A DNA stretch of 31,107 nucleotides, taken from IMG/VR virus record IMGVR_UViG_2693429768_000006; one strand, written 5' to 3'. Positions within the stretch are counted from its first letter, which is position 1, and each line of letters begins with the position of its first letter. The notes below the pieces were generated by a model, which worked only from the letters and a program-made list of their open reading frames with translations, did not search any database and had not been told where the DNA came from. This DNA comes from a virus. Lineage: Duplodnaviria; Heunggongvirae; Uroviricota; Caudoviricetes. This document shows positions 1 through 8,159 of the stretch, in pieces. Position numbers and translations under genes: made by a program.

Positions 1-171
1 TCAATAAATCCCATCATTGCGATCAACCTCATCCTTAACCATTGATGCGAGCAGTTCTTCCAGTTTCTGCGCTGATAGCTTTACCTGGTGATCTTCAGCA
101 TCTTCCCGGGCTATTGTGGTTCGCGCAGTGGCTGATTTTGCTGACATCACCACAGGGGGCAGACGGACCAT
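1..171 (-). CDS. hypothetical small protein (56 aa from the Met with a GGAGG Shine-Dalgarno; the ORF-track version is 1..282)
   Basis: Minus-strand ORF ending in a stop at the window edge; internal ATG at 171 is preceded by GGAGG about 10 nt upstream. No family recognised. Confidence 0.2.
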   Translation of the reverse strand: MVRLPPVVMSAKSATARTTIAREDAEDHQVKLSAQKLEELLASMVKDEVDRNDGIY

Positions 172-237
172 TGAACCATGGCCTCCGGAACAAATAAGGG
201 CAAAAATAACAACCACTATCGAAAGCTCACAAACTAA

Positions 238-271
238 CCGCAGCACGTTCCTGCATACGACGTGTCTGCGG
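238..271. repeat. hairpin module downstream of tfa stop (copy 1 of 3, imperfect)
   Basis: CCGCAGCACG...CGTGTCTGCGG inverted repeat directly after the tfa stop; near-identical modules at 1288..1320 and 5218..5250. Confidence 0.5.
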
Positions 272-285
272 CATAATCCCAATGA

Positions 286-555
286 TTACTCCCTGACAGG
301 ATTTGCAGGCCACTCAATATCAGGTGCAGTTGATGTATCAACACGATTCAACAATACCCGATATTTATTCCATGCCTCCAGCAACGATCTTTCTTCCTCC
401 GTTGCGATTTCCAGATCTACAGCATCCTGCAGTGGCGCAATATACTCACTGAATTCCTGGATGTAGAACTGTGTGGTGACGGTCTTCCAGCCATTCGGCT
501 CCTGCTGTATCGAAGCATACCAGGCTATTTCAATATCGCTATGCTGCGGCAGCAT
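286..555 (-). CDS. tfa: tail fibre assembly protein, C-terminal domain only (Tfa-like, 89 aa, probably a remnant)
   Basis: Translation ends ...[37 protein letters not shown], the conserved C-terminus of lambda/Mu-type tail fibre assembly proteins; about half the length of the intact tfa genes at 2771..3298 and 3329..3862. Confidence 0.55.
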   Translation of the reverse strand: MLPQHSDIEIAWYASIQQEPNGWKTVTTQFYIQEFSEYIAPLQDAVDLEIATEEERSLLEAWNKYRVLLNRVDTSTAPDIEWPANPVRE

Positions 556-563
556 TTAACCCC

Positions 564-592
564 TTGTAATTCATCGCCATAATTGATTTAAT
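564..592 (+). promoter_or_regulatory. candidate sigma70 promoter for the methyltransferase gene
   Basis: TTGTAA, 17-nt spacer, TTTAAT in an AT-rich spacer 20-50 nt upstream of the ATG; read by eye only. Confidence 0.25.
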
Positions 593-611
593 TCACAAAT
601 AAAACTATAAC

Positions 612-1280
612 ATGGTGAAATCAATGAAAAAAAACACAGATGATGGGGCTAAAATTTACACACCACTTACCCTAAAGCTTTATGACTGGTGGGTTTTGGG
701 AGTATCAAATCGGCTTGCATGGGGATGTCCTACAAAGGAACACCTTCTTCCACACTTTCTGGAACATGTAGGTAACAACCATCTGGATATTGGTGTTGGA
801 ACTGGGTTTTACCTTACTCACGTACCTGAGAGTAGTCTGATATCTTTAATGGATTTGAACGAAGCTAGCCTGAACGCGGCATCTACAAGGGCTGGGGAAT
901 CAAAAATTAAACATAAAATTAGCCATGATGTTTTTGAACCTTATCCCGCGGCGTTACATGGTCAATTTGATTCCATTTCCATGTTTTACCTTCTTCACTG
1001 CCTGCCTGGAAATATATCTACAAAAAGCTGTGTAATACGCAATGCGGCGCAGGCCTTAACTGACGATGGAACTCTATACGGAGCCACAATTCTTGGCGAT
1101 GGAGTTGTGCACAATAGCTTCGGTCAAAAACTGATGCGCATTTACAATCAGAAAGGCATCTTTTCAAACACAAAAGATTCCGAAGAAGGCTTAACACATA
1201 TACTCTCAGAGCATTTCGAGAATGTTAAAACCAAGGTTCAAGGTACTGTAGTAATGTTTTCCGCTTCAGGGAAAAAATAG
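612..1280 (+). CDS. class I SAM-dependent methyltransferase (moron; substrate unknown)
   Basis: 222-aa ORF with a Rossmann motif I, LDIGVGTGF, followed by an acidic residue (SLMDLNE). No DPPY/NPPY DNA-methyltransferase motif. Markedly AT-rich versus flanking phage genes. Alternative start at ATG 624 (MKKNTDD) has a better SD-like GGTGA. Confidence 0.75.
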   Translation: MVKSMKKNTDDGAKIYTPLTLKLYDWWVLGVSNRLAWGCPTKEHLLPHFLEHVGNNHLDIGVGTGFYLTHVPESSLISLMDLNEASLNAASTRAGESKIKHKISHDVFEPYPAALHGQFDSISMFYLLHCLPGNISTKSCVIRNAAQALTDDGTLYGATILGDGVVHNSFGQKLMRIYNQKGIFSNTKDSEEGLTHILSEHFENVKTKVQGTVVMFSASGKK

Positions 1281-1287
1281 CATCCAA

Positions 1288-1320
1288 CCGCAGCACGTTC
1301 TTGCTTAAGACGTGCTGCGG
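1288..1320. repeat. hairpin module (copy 2), between convergent methyltransferase and tfa remnant
   Basis: CCGCAGCACGTTCTT-GC-TTAAGACGTGCTGCGG, about a 14-bp stem; no U-tract on either side. Confidence 0.6.
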
Positions 1321-1478
1321 CATAATCCCAATGATTACTCCCTGACAGGGTTCGTAGGCCACTCAATATCAGGTGCAGTTGATGTATCAACACGGTTCAG
1401 CAACACCCGATACTTTTTCCAGGCTTCCACCACCAGCACGACAAGATGCCGCATACAGTGAACCAGTCAGTCCAGTTT

Positions 1479-1685
1479 TCAGACAACCAGTGCGTCACCT
1501 TTTTGAAGGCGCTTTAAAGCACGTTTTAATCCAGGTCGGCCTGTCCTTGTTCCGCTTAATTTATCTTCAAATATTTGTTCATATCCTGCACAAACAAGAG
1601 CGTTTCGTTGCAGATCTGTATTCTGGTCATTTGTTGATACCCTTACATAGCCAATCAGCACGCTGAATCTCCCGTCCAAAAGCAC
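1479..1685 (-). pseudogene. pin: serine DNA invertase (Pin/Gin/Hin/Cin family) 5' fragment, truncated by nonsense codons and fused to a tfa 3' remnant
   Basis: Translation ...VLIGYVRVSTNDQNTDLQRNALVCAGYEQIFEDKLSGTRTGRPGLKRALKRLQKGDALVV* matches the invertase N-terminus including the catalytic Ser region, then stops where Pin continues VWKLDRLGR. Downstream sequence switches to tfa 3' coding ([30 protein letters not shown]). Confidence 0.8.
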
Positions 1686-1715
1686 AAATCATGCCATACA
1701 GGCCAGAAACCGCCA

Positions 1716-1741
1716 TTATCTAAAACCTCGGTTTACAGGAA
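1716..1741. other. gix/pix-like 26-bp invertase crossover site (site L)
   Basis: TTATCTAAAACC-TC-GGTTTACAGGAA; two 12-bp half-sites around a 2-bp core, close to the Gin gix site as recalled from memory. Inverted relative to sites M and R. Confidence 0.7.
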
Positions 1742-1786
1742 ACGGTAAACAAGGCTGGTAACGCCGTTCAGCGTTCCGGCGATAAA

Positions 1787-2755
1787 ATGACCGGAGAACT
1801 GAAAATTGGCACGGTGAATGCGCTGCGAATTTTCAATGATGCCTTCGGTCTTATTTTCCGTCGTTCAGAAGATTTTCTTCATTTCATTCCGACGGCTGAA
1901 GGACAAGGCGAAAACGGTGATATAGGCCCATTAAGGCCATTCGCTATAAATCTGAGAACAGGTGCTATATCTGTCAGCCACGGGGCCAAAATTGATGGTG
2001 GGCTGGCGCTTGGTACAGATAACGCACTGGGCGGTAATTCCATTACTCTCGGAGATAACGACACTGGTATTAAACAGGGCGGCGACGGTGTCCTTTTATT
2101 CTATTCAAATGGACAACTGGCATTTGGACTTCAACCCGCATCTGCTGATTTTTATAAGCGGGTTGCATATATTCATCAGGGAATAATTCCTGATGGAAGT
2201 GGCGCATTTGCAGACCAGTTGAATAATGCCACCGCGCCTTTTGTTCAGACGCAGTTTGCCTGGAATCCCACTCCTGGTGGTCATTACGTGCCGATAGTTA
2301 AGGGCTTGTCCATTCGCAATGGACAGGGCTATCCCGGCGCGGTCAGCTTTGGGTATTTACTGACAGAACAGTATGGATTTCCGGTTCCATGTATTCATAT
2401 GCGTGGCGATGGCGGTAATGATGCTTTATGGCAGTTTAACCCGAACGATAAATCCTTTATTTCACCGGGTGCTCTTATTGCGGGTGGCGTCCGTTATAAC
2501 ACCGATGGAAATATATTTGGTGGGTGCTGGGGTTCAAACTTAAATGATTACCTGAATAGTTCTTTTATCAGAAATGTGCGTCTGGGAGGCAGACGTTCTG
2601 ACACATTATATCGCGGAGGACTTTGCGAACCAGGTAATGGTCATGTGACAACAGGATTGCAAATTATTGGTGAGGTTGATGGAGATGACTGGATGGTGTC
2701 ACGACCACTACAAAAATACATTTCTGGTAACTGGTATAACGTTGAACAGGCATAG
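1787..2755 (+). CDS. alternative side-tail-fibre C-terminal (variable) segment Sv', promoterless; frame is open from 1724
   Basis: Shares the GGNSI(T/V)LGDNDTG(I/F)KQ(G/N)GDG motif and C-terminal QKYIxGxWYNV with the other variable segment. The frame is open upstream to a TAA at 1721-1723 inside site L and reads L-G-L-Q-E across the crossover core. Confidence 0.7.
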   Translation: MTGELKIGTVNALRIFNDAFGLIFRRSEDFLHFIPTAEGQGENGDIGPLRPFAINLRTGAISVSHGAKIDGGLALGTDNALGGNSITLGDNDTGIKQGGDGVLLFYSNGQLAFGLQPASADFYKRVAYIHQGIIPDGSGAFADQLNNATAPFVQTQFAWNPTPGGHYVPIVKGLSIRNGQGYPGAVSFGYLLTEQYGFPVPCIHMRGDGGNDALWQFNPNDKSFISPGALIAGGVRYNTDGNIFGGCWGSNLNDYLNSSFIRNVRLGGRRSDTLYRGGLCEPGNGHVTTGLQIIGEVDGDDWMVSRPLQKYISGNWYNVEQA

Positions 2756-2770
2756 CCATCAGGAGAATAT

Positions 2771-3298
2771 ATGCAACATCTGAAAAATATTACCGCCGGA
2801 AACCCCAAAACCATTGAGCAGTATCAGCTTACGAAAAAAGCTGGCGTTATCTGGCTATATACAGAAGACGGTAAAAACTGGTATGACGAATTAAAAAACT
2901 TTCAGGATGATACTTTAAAAATAGCTTATGACCAGAAGGGGATTATTCGTTGTATTGAGAAAGACGTATCAACACTTAACCCTGACGGGTTAAGTGTTGT
3001 TGAGTTACCGAATATAACAGCCAACCGTCGCGCCGATATCTCGGGAAACTGGAAGTTTCTGGATGGTAAAGTAGTAAAGCGGGAATATACAAAACAGGAA
3101 CTGCAACAGCAGGCAGAGTTACAAAAAGCCGCTTTGCTTTCCGAAGCGGAGTCTGTGATTCAACCGCTGGAACGTGCTGTCAGACTGAATATGGCAACTG
3201 ATGAGGAACGCACACGACTGGAATCATGGGAACGCTACAGCGTTATGGTCAGCCGTGTGGATACTGCAAAGCCTGAATGGCCACAGAAACCAGAATAA
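2771..3298 (+). CDS. tfa: tail fibre assembly protein (cognate to Sv')
   Basis: 175-aa ORF with the Tfa N-terminus (MQHLKNI..., GVIWLY) and conserved C-terminus ([26 protein letters not shown]). Confidence 0.85.
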   Translation: MQHLKNITAGNPKTIEQYQLTKKAGVIWLYTEDGKNWYDELKNFQDDTLKIAYDQKGIIRCIEKDVSTLNPDGLSVVELPNITANRRADISGNWKFLDGKVVKREYTKQELQQQAELQKAALLSEAESVIQPLERAVRLNMATDEERTRLESWERYSVMVSRVDTAKPEWPQKPE

Positions 3299-3304
3299 CA
3301 ACAA

Positions 3305-3329
3305 ATTAAGGCCCGTACGGGCCTTTTCT
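3305..3329. terminator. bidirectional hairpin between the convergent tfa genes
   Basis: AGGCCCGTACGGGCCT palindrome with T-rich sequence on both sides. Confidence 0.45.
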
Positions 3330-3862
3330 TATTCTGGTGGTTCCGGGAATGTTACAGGAAGAACCGAGGTATCAGTTGTCTCAACCTGTTGCACGTATCG
3401 CATCCAGTTCATCAGTTGCTGTCTGTCTGAATCAGTGATAATCCCCAAAGTAAGCTGTGTTTGCCAGAACTGCGTTTTTTCTCTGGCCTGCTGTAATAAT
3501 ATTTTTTTCTGGTTTTCCGTCTGTAGGCGCAACTCTTCTTCGGTATATACACGTTTAATGACTGCGCCATCTTTAAACATCCATTTACCTGAGTCGTCAG
3601 CACGCCGGTTGGCGGTAATATCAGGAATCTCAACGACGCTATAACCTTCAGGGTTAAGTGTGGAGGCATCTTTGGTTATGGCAACAATAATATTATTTTC
3701 ATCGTAAACAATCTTTATGGTGTCTGGCTGAAAGTTTTTCACTTCCTCATACCAGTTTTTTTCGTCCTCAGAGTAAAGCCAGATAACTCCGTGTTTCTTT
3801 GTTAACTCATACTGTTCCAGTGTTTTAGCATTACCCGCTTTTATGTTCTTTAAGTGCATCAT
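3329..3862 (-). CDS. tfa: tail fibre assembly protein (cognate to Sv)
   Basis: 177-aa [17 protein letters not shown]...GVIWLY..., same family as 2771..3298 but a divergent C-terminal half. Confidence 0.85.
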   Translation of the reverse strand: MMHLKNIKAGNAKTLEQYELTKKHGVIWLYSEDEKNWYEEVKNFQPDTIKIVYDENNIIVAITKDASTLNPEGYSVVEIPDITANRRADDSGKWMFKDGAVIKRVYTEEELRLQTENQKKILLQQAREKTQFWQTQLTLGIITDSDRQQLMNWMRYVQQVETTDTSVLPVTFPEPPE

Positions 3863-3863
3863 A

Positions 3864-4649
3864 TTAAACGCTCGCTACATTATACCAGGTGCCATTTATA
3901 TACTTTTGAACGGGTCTGTAATAAACGCCCGCTATATTATCGGCAGAGTTAGACCCTGTATCCTGAACATTAATACCAGACAATACATGACCTGAAGGGC
4001 ACCGGAAATACCATGTTTGCCAGTTGTTCACTCCATAATATTGCTGTGAACCAAGTCGAACATCTTTCACATAACGGGAATCAAAGTTACCGTAATCCGA
4101 GGGGTTAACACGCCCTGTAATATTTATGGTTTTATTACTTTGAATGCTTCCGGAGACAAAGCGCATAACATGGACGTTATTAGCATAAACATCCAGATTA
4201 CCATCGCCATTTTGTTTAAAGCCCGTGTCATTATCACCCAATACAATCGAATTACCGCCAAGAGCACTGGATGTTCCGATACCCAGTGTACCATTCAGTT
4301 GACCACCAGATAACGGCAGTGCACCAACATCTCCTGCTGAAGGTTTTCTGGTGGTGGTGTAAAATTCGGACCAGTCGGCTTCAAAACCATAACCATCACG
4401 GGCTGAACGATAAAAAACACCGCCATTTTTATAATTAATCCGAAACTGAGCTGCAGGACAACTTCCTTCTCCCATATAAAAATGAATAATTAACGTTGAT
4501 GCACCACTAATAGTTGCGTTATAGGCTCCGCTACTCCAGTTCCATCCAACTGCTTTATCATTCGCAACGGTGCTTCCTGTTTTCCCTAAGGCAAACGCAC
4601 CAACATGACTTGCTTTTAATGTGATATCGGAGGAACCATCAAAAGCCAC
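3864..4649 (-). CDS. side-tail-fibre C-terminal (variable) segment Sv, complete copy; frame is open up to 4814
   Basis: Identical to stf residues about 646-827 and then continues about 88 aa further ([14 protein letters not shown]...YNVASV). The frame is open upstream to an in-frame TAA within site M. Confidence 0.7.
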   Translation of the reverse strand: MAFDGSSDITLKASHVGAFALGKTGSTVANDKAVGWNWSSGAYNATISGASTLIIHFYMGEGSCPAAQFRINYKNGGVFYRSARDGYGFEADWSEFYTTTRKPSAGDVGALPLSGGQLNGTLGIGTSSALGGNSIVLGDNDTGFKQNGDGNLDVYANNVHVMRFVSGSIQSNKTINITGRVNPSDYGNFDSRYVKDVRLGSQQYYGVNNWQTWYFRCPSGHVLSGINVQDTGSNSADNIAGVYYRPVQKYINGTWYNVASV

Positions 4650-4813
4650 ATTGCTTATTTTCCTGGCAGTTTTTAATTTTGCAGCTGTAGAAGCATTGCC
4701 GGATAGTTCACCAGAAAGGCCACCGCTGAATGTTTGTCGATTAGTCCAGGTATTCGCTGTACTGAGTAACGGTATTTTCTCCCCGCTTGTGCCGAGTTCT
4801 CGTAAACCGAGGT
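4198..4813. repeat. direct repeat copy A (about 615 bp), identical to 5645..6259
   Basis: Aligned by eye at both ends and internally; diverges from copy B just right of the crossover core. Confidence 0.85.
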
Positions 4814-4822
4814 TTTAGATAA
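4797..4822. other. gix/pix-like crossover site (site M)
   Basis: TTCTCGTAAACC-GA-GGTTTTAGATAA; same orientation as site R, inverted relative to site L. The distal half carries the in-frame TAA. Confidence 0.7.
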
Positions 4823-4852
4823 TGGCGGTTTCTGGCCTGTATGGCATGATTT

Positions 4853-5059
4853 GTGCTTTTGGACGGGAGATTCAGCGTGCTGATTGGCTATGTAAGGGTA
4901 TCAACAAATGACCAGAATACAGATCTGCAACGAAACGCTCTTGTTTGTGCAGGATATGAACAAATATTTGAAGATAAATTAAGCGGAACAAGGACAGGCC
5001 GACCTGGATTAAAACGTGCTTTAAAGCGCCTTCAAAAAGGTGACGCACTGGTTGTCTGA
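4853..5059 (+). pseudogene. pin: serine DNA invertase 5' fragment (second copy, identical); likely GTG start at 4877 with a GGGAGA Shine-Dalgarno
   Basis: Identical 68-codon frame to 1479..1685; followed at about 5111..5203 by the tfa 3' remnant and at 5218..5250 by hairpin copy 3. Confidence 0.8.
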
Positions 5060-5261
5060 AAACTGGACTGACTGGTTCACTGTATGCGGCATCTTGTCGT
5101 GCTGGTGGTGGAAGCCTGGAAAAAGTATCGGGTGTTGCTGAACCGTGTTGATACATCAACTGCACCTGATATTGAGTGGCCTACGAACCCTGTCAGGGAG
5201 TAATCATTGGGATTATGCCGCAGCACGTCTTAAGCAAGAACGTGCTGCGGTTGGATGCTAT

Positions 5262-5643
5262 TTTTTCCCTGAAGCGGAAAACATTACTACAGTACCTTGA
5301 ACCTTGGTTTTAACATTCTCGAAATGCTCTGAGAGTATATGTGTTAAGCCTTCTTCGGAATCTTTTGTGTTTGAAAAGATGCCTTTCTGATTGTAAATGC
5401 GCATCAGTTTTTGACCGAAGCTATTGTGCACAACTCCATCGCCAAGAATTGTGGCTCCGTATAGAGTTCCATCGTCAGTTAAGGCCTGCGCCGCATTGCG
5501 TATTACACAGCTTTTTGTAGATATATTTCCAGGCAGGCAGTGAAGAAGGTAAAACATGGAAATGGAATCAAATTGACCATGTAACGCCGCGGGATAAGGT
5601 TCAAAAACATCATGGCTAATTTTATGTTTAATTTTTGATTCCC
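5262..5643 (-). pseudogene. methyltransferase 3' fragment (residues ~96-222), inverted duplicate of 895..1280
   Basis: Translation ESKIKHKISHDVFEPYPAALHGQ...SASGKK is identical to the C-terminal part of the 612..1280 product. The ORF-track N-terminal extension (5644..5740) is stf DNA read out of frame. Confidence 0.8.
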
Positions 5644-8135
5644 ATACCATCGCCATTTTGTTTAAAGCCCGTGTCATTATCACCCAATACAATCGAATTA
5701 CCGCCAAGAGCACTGGATGTTCCGATACCCAGTGTACCATTCAGTTGACCACCAGATAACGGCAGTGCACCAACATCTCCTGCTGAAGGTTTTCTGGTGG
5801 TGGTGTAAAATTCGGACCAGTCGGCTTCAAAACCATAACCATCACGGGCTGAACGATAAAAAACACCGCCATTTTTATAATTAATCCGAAACTGAGCTGC
5901 AGGACAACTTCCTTCTCCCATATAAAAATGAATAATTAACGTTGATGCACCACTAATAGTTGCGTTATAGGCTCCGCTACTCCAGTTCCATCCAACTGCT
6001 TTATCATTCGCAACGGTGCTTCCTGTTTTCCCTAAGGCAAACGCACCAACATGACTTGCTTTTAATGTGATATCGGAGGAACCATCAAAAGCCACATTGC
6101 TTATTTTCCTGGCAGTTTTTAATTTTGCAGCTGTAGAAGCATTGCCGGATAGTTCACCAGAAAGGCCACCGCTGAATGTTTGTCGATTAGTCCAGGTATT
6201 CGCTGTACTGAGTAACGGTATTTTCTCCCCGCTTGTGCCGAGTTCTCGTAAACCGAGGTATTCGATAACGGCGGCAACGGTCGATTTCGCAAGAATATCC
6301 CGCCCAACTTTTGTCAGGGTTGCCAGACTGGCAACATCATTCCCCGTAAAATACGGAAACCTGTCTGCCGCAGTAGCAAGCCCGGCCAGCGCCGTCAGGG
6401 TGGCATCTTTCGGTTGCTTACCCGCAAGCGCGTTAGTCATGGTGGTCGCAAAATTCGGGTCGTTGCCCAACGCCGCAGCCAGCTCGTTCAGCGTATTCAG
6501 TGCGTCAGGCGACGAGTCCACGAGGGCAGCGATCGCAGCCATAACATAAGCCGTGCTTGCGATTTGGGTATTATTCGTTCCCTGTCGCGCAGTTGGTGTT
6601 GTTGGCGTTCCGGTCAGTGCAGGACTATTTAAGGGCGCTTTCTTGTTCGTTTCACCCATTACCGCCTTAACCGCTTTTGGCGTTGCCGCCAGTGACTCGG
6701 AAGTGCTGTTGGTCGCACTGCTGAGCTGTACTATCCCCTTTTTCGTCGTGCTCGCATCCTCCAGCGCCACGGCGGATGCAATATCCTCTGCCCGTTTTGC
6801 TGCTGTCTCGGCGCGCGTTGCCGCGGATTCCGCCGTACTTTTGCTCTGAGCTGCCGCCGTCACACTACCAGCTGCCTCTGATGCTTTCATTGTTGCTGTC
6901 GTGGCACTACCTTTCGCTGCTGACGCTTGTCTGGTCGCCTCATCTTTTGAAGCAGACGCAGATGATGCCGATGACGCCGCTGAACTGGCTGACGATGCGG
7001 CTGCCGCCTTAGAGGAAGCAGCATTGTCTGCTGAAGTCTTTGCATTTGTTTCAGAGGTTTTTGCTGCAGAAGCAGACCTCGCTGCTGCAGTGGCTTGCTC
7101 AGTGGCTTTGCCAGCCTTCGTTGTGGCTGTTGAAGCGGATGATGCGGCGCTTTCTGCCGATTTTCCGGCGGCGGTGGCACTGGCTGAGGCCTGCCCGGCA
7201 CTTGTTGACGCGGCACTGGCAGACGACGCAGCCGCTGTTTTTGAGCCTGCCGCAGCCGAGGCGCTCTGTCCCGCTGCCGTTTCAGAAGACCTGGCGTTTG
7301 TCTCAGACGTCTTTGCCGCCTTCGCGGAATTGCCTGCCGCCGTTGCCGAGGAAGCGGCACTACTGGCGCTTGATGATGCGTTCGTTTCTGATGATTTCGC
7401 TGCCTCTTTTGAGGCCGCCGCACCCCGTGCCGAGGTGGCAGCTTCTGACGCCTTCGTGGTCGCTGTGGATGCAGAAGTGGCTGCCGATTTTTGTGATGCT
7501 GCGGCATTCGTTTCTGACGTTTTCGCGGCACTGGCGCTGGTAGCTGCCGCGCTTTTTGATGACTCTGCAGCAGCAGCACTTTTTGCTGCTTCACGGGCCT
7601 TTGTCGATGCCGTTCCTGCGCTGGAAGACGCTGACTGAGCCGACGACGCGGCCTGTCCGGCTGACGTGCTGGCGGCACGTGCTGAGGCTGCAGCATCGGT
7701 TGCATGAGTTGCCGCCTCGCTGGCTGATGCACTGGCATCGCTGGCTGATTTTTTCGCGGCTGCCGTATTCTGTGCAACCGCGGAGGCGTTACGTGACACC
7801 TCTTCCACCATCTGCTCAAAGCGGCGCAGTGCCTCCGGTCGGACATCATCCTCCGTCATGGCACCGAGAAAATCATTCAGCGTACCTGGTCTGGAACCTT
7901 CATAGACGGTAATGGTCCCGGCATGTGAAGGCGGAAAACCTTCAACCAGCAGGGTGACGCTGTACTGACCATGCTCAACATCCATGCTGTAACGTCCGGC
8001 TTCATCCGGATTTTCAGAGGCCACCGTGTTCACCACCACCGTGCTGCTGGTTCGTCTGGCCTTCAGCACAATGGTGCAGTTCTGTACTGGTTTTCCTGTG
8101 CCATCTTTAAGCACGCCAGAAATTTTTACTGTCAT
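5628..8135 (-). CDS. stf: side tail fibre protein Stf (lambda Stf homologue), C-terminally truncated in this configuration
   Basis: N-terminus MTVKISGVLKDGTGKPVQNCTIVLKARR... matches lambda Stf, with a long Ala/Ser/Thr-rich central region. The ORF ends ...[15 protein letters not shown] where it joins methyltransferase-derived DNA at about 5644. Confidence 0.85.
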   Translation of the reverse strand: MTVKISGVLKDGTGKPVQNCTIVLKARRTSSTVVVNTVASENPDEAGRYSMDVEHGQYSVTLLVEGFPPSHAGTITVYEGSRPGTLNDFLGAMTEDDVRPEALRRFEQMVEEVSRNASAVAQNTAAAKKSASDASASASEAATHATDAAASARAASTSAGQAASSAQSASSSAGTASTKAREAAKSAAAAESSKSAAATSASAAKTSETNAAASQKSAATSASTATTKASEAATSARGAAASKEAAKSSETNASSSASSAASSATAAGNSAKAAKTSETNARSSETAAGQSASAAAGSKTAAASSASAASTSAGQASASATAAGKSAESAASSASTATTKAGKATEQATAAARSASAAKTSETNAKTSADNAASSKAAAASSASSAASSASSASASKDEATRQASAAKGSATTATMKASEAAGSVTAAAQSKSTAESAATRAETAAKRAEDIASAVALEDASTTKKGIVQLSSATNSTSESLAATPKAVKAVMGETNKKAPLNSPALTGTPTTPTARQGTNNTQIASTAYVMAAIAALVDSSPDALNTLNELAAALGNDPNFATTMTNALAGKQPKDATLTALAGLATAADRFPYFTGNDVASLATLTKVGRDILAKSTVAAVIEYLGLRELGTSGEKIPLLSTANTWTNRQTFSGGLSGELSGNASTAAKLKTARKISNVAFDGSSDITLKASHVGAFALGKTGSTVANDKAVGWNWSSGAYNATISGASTLIIHFYMGEGSCPAAQFRINYKNGGVFYRSARDGYGFEADWSEFYTTTRKPSAGDVGALPLSGGQLNGTLGIGTSSALGGNSIVLGDNDTGFKQNGDGMGIKN
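5645..6259. repeat. direct repeat copy B (within stf)
   Basis: Identical to 4198..4813. Confidence 0.85.
6243..6268. other. gix/pix-like crossover site inside stf (site R)
   Basis: TTCTCGTAAACC-GA-GGTATTCGATAA; the constant-side half encodes V-I-E-Y of Stf and the core encodes L-G. Confidence 0.65.
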
Positions 8136-8159
8136 ACTTTTCCACCAATAAAAAAAGCC

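Larger units (their letters stand above)
895..1735. repeat. left arm of ~840-bp inverted repeat (methyltransferase 3' part, hairpin, tfa 3' remnant, pin 5' fragment, distal half of gix-like site)
   Basis: Reverse complement of about 4803..5643, checked by eye at both ends and at internal anchors (rc of 1261..1300 equals 5239..5278). Confidence 0.85.
4803..5643. repeat. right arm of ~840-bp inverted repeat
   Basis: Reverse complement of 895..1735. Confidence 0.85.

Noticed and set aside
116-466. 116-aa plus-strand ORF at the left edge
   Set aside because: Overlaps the tfa C-terminal fragment and the small minus-strand ORF in antisense; no RBS.
612-1280. Methyltransferase as part of a restriction-modification or other DNA-modification defence system
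   Set aside because: No DPPY/NPPY or cytosine-methyltransferase PC/ENV motifs and no adjacent nuclease or specificity gene. Also compared mentally with the NleE effector methyltransferase; no resemblance.
1373-1666. 97-aa ORF (and its mirror 4872..5165) overlapping the pin fragments on the opposite strand
   Set aside because: It is the antisense frame of the recognisable invertase N-terminus and tfa remnant; duplicated only because it lies in the inverted repeat.
5258-5740. 160-aa ORF that looks like an intact gene
   Set aside because: Only residues from ESKIKHK onward are methyltransferase-derived. The N-terminal 32 residues are stf DNA read out of frame across the duplication junction, so this is a fragment, not a gene.
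6553-7912. Several long ORFs in alternative frames and on the plus strand across stf (6553..6849, 6776..7012, 6887..7849, 6901..7638, 7040..7543, 7556..7912)
   Set aside because: They overlap the Ala/Ser/Thr-rich repetitive core of stf. GC-rich low-complexity coding sequence is open in many frames; the products are Arg/Pro/Gln- or Ala/Asp-rich with no credible starts.
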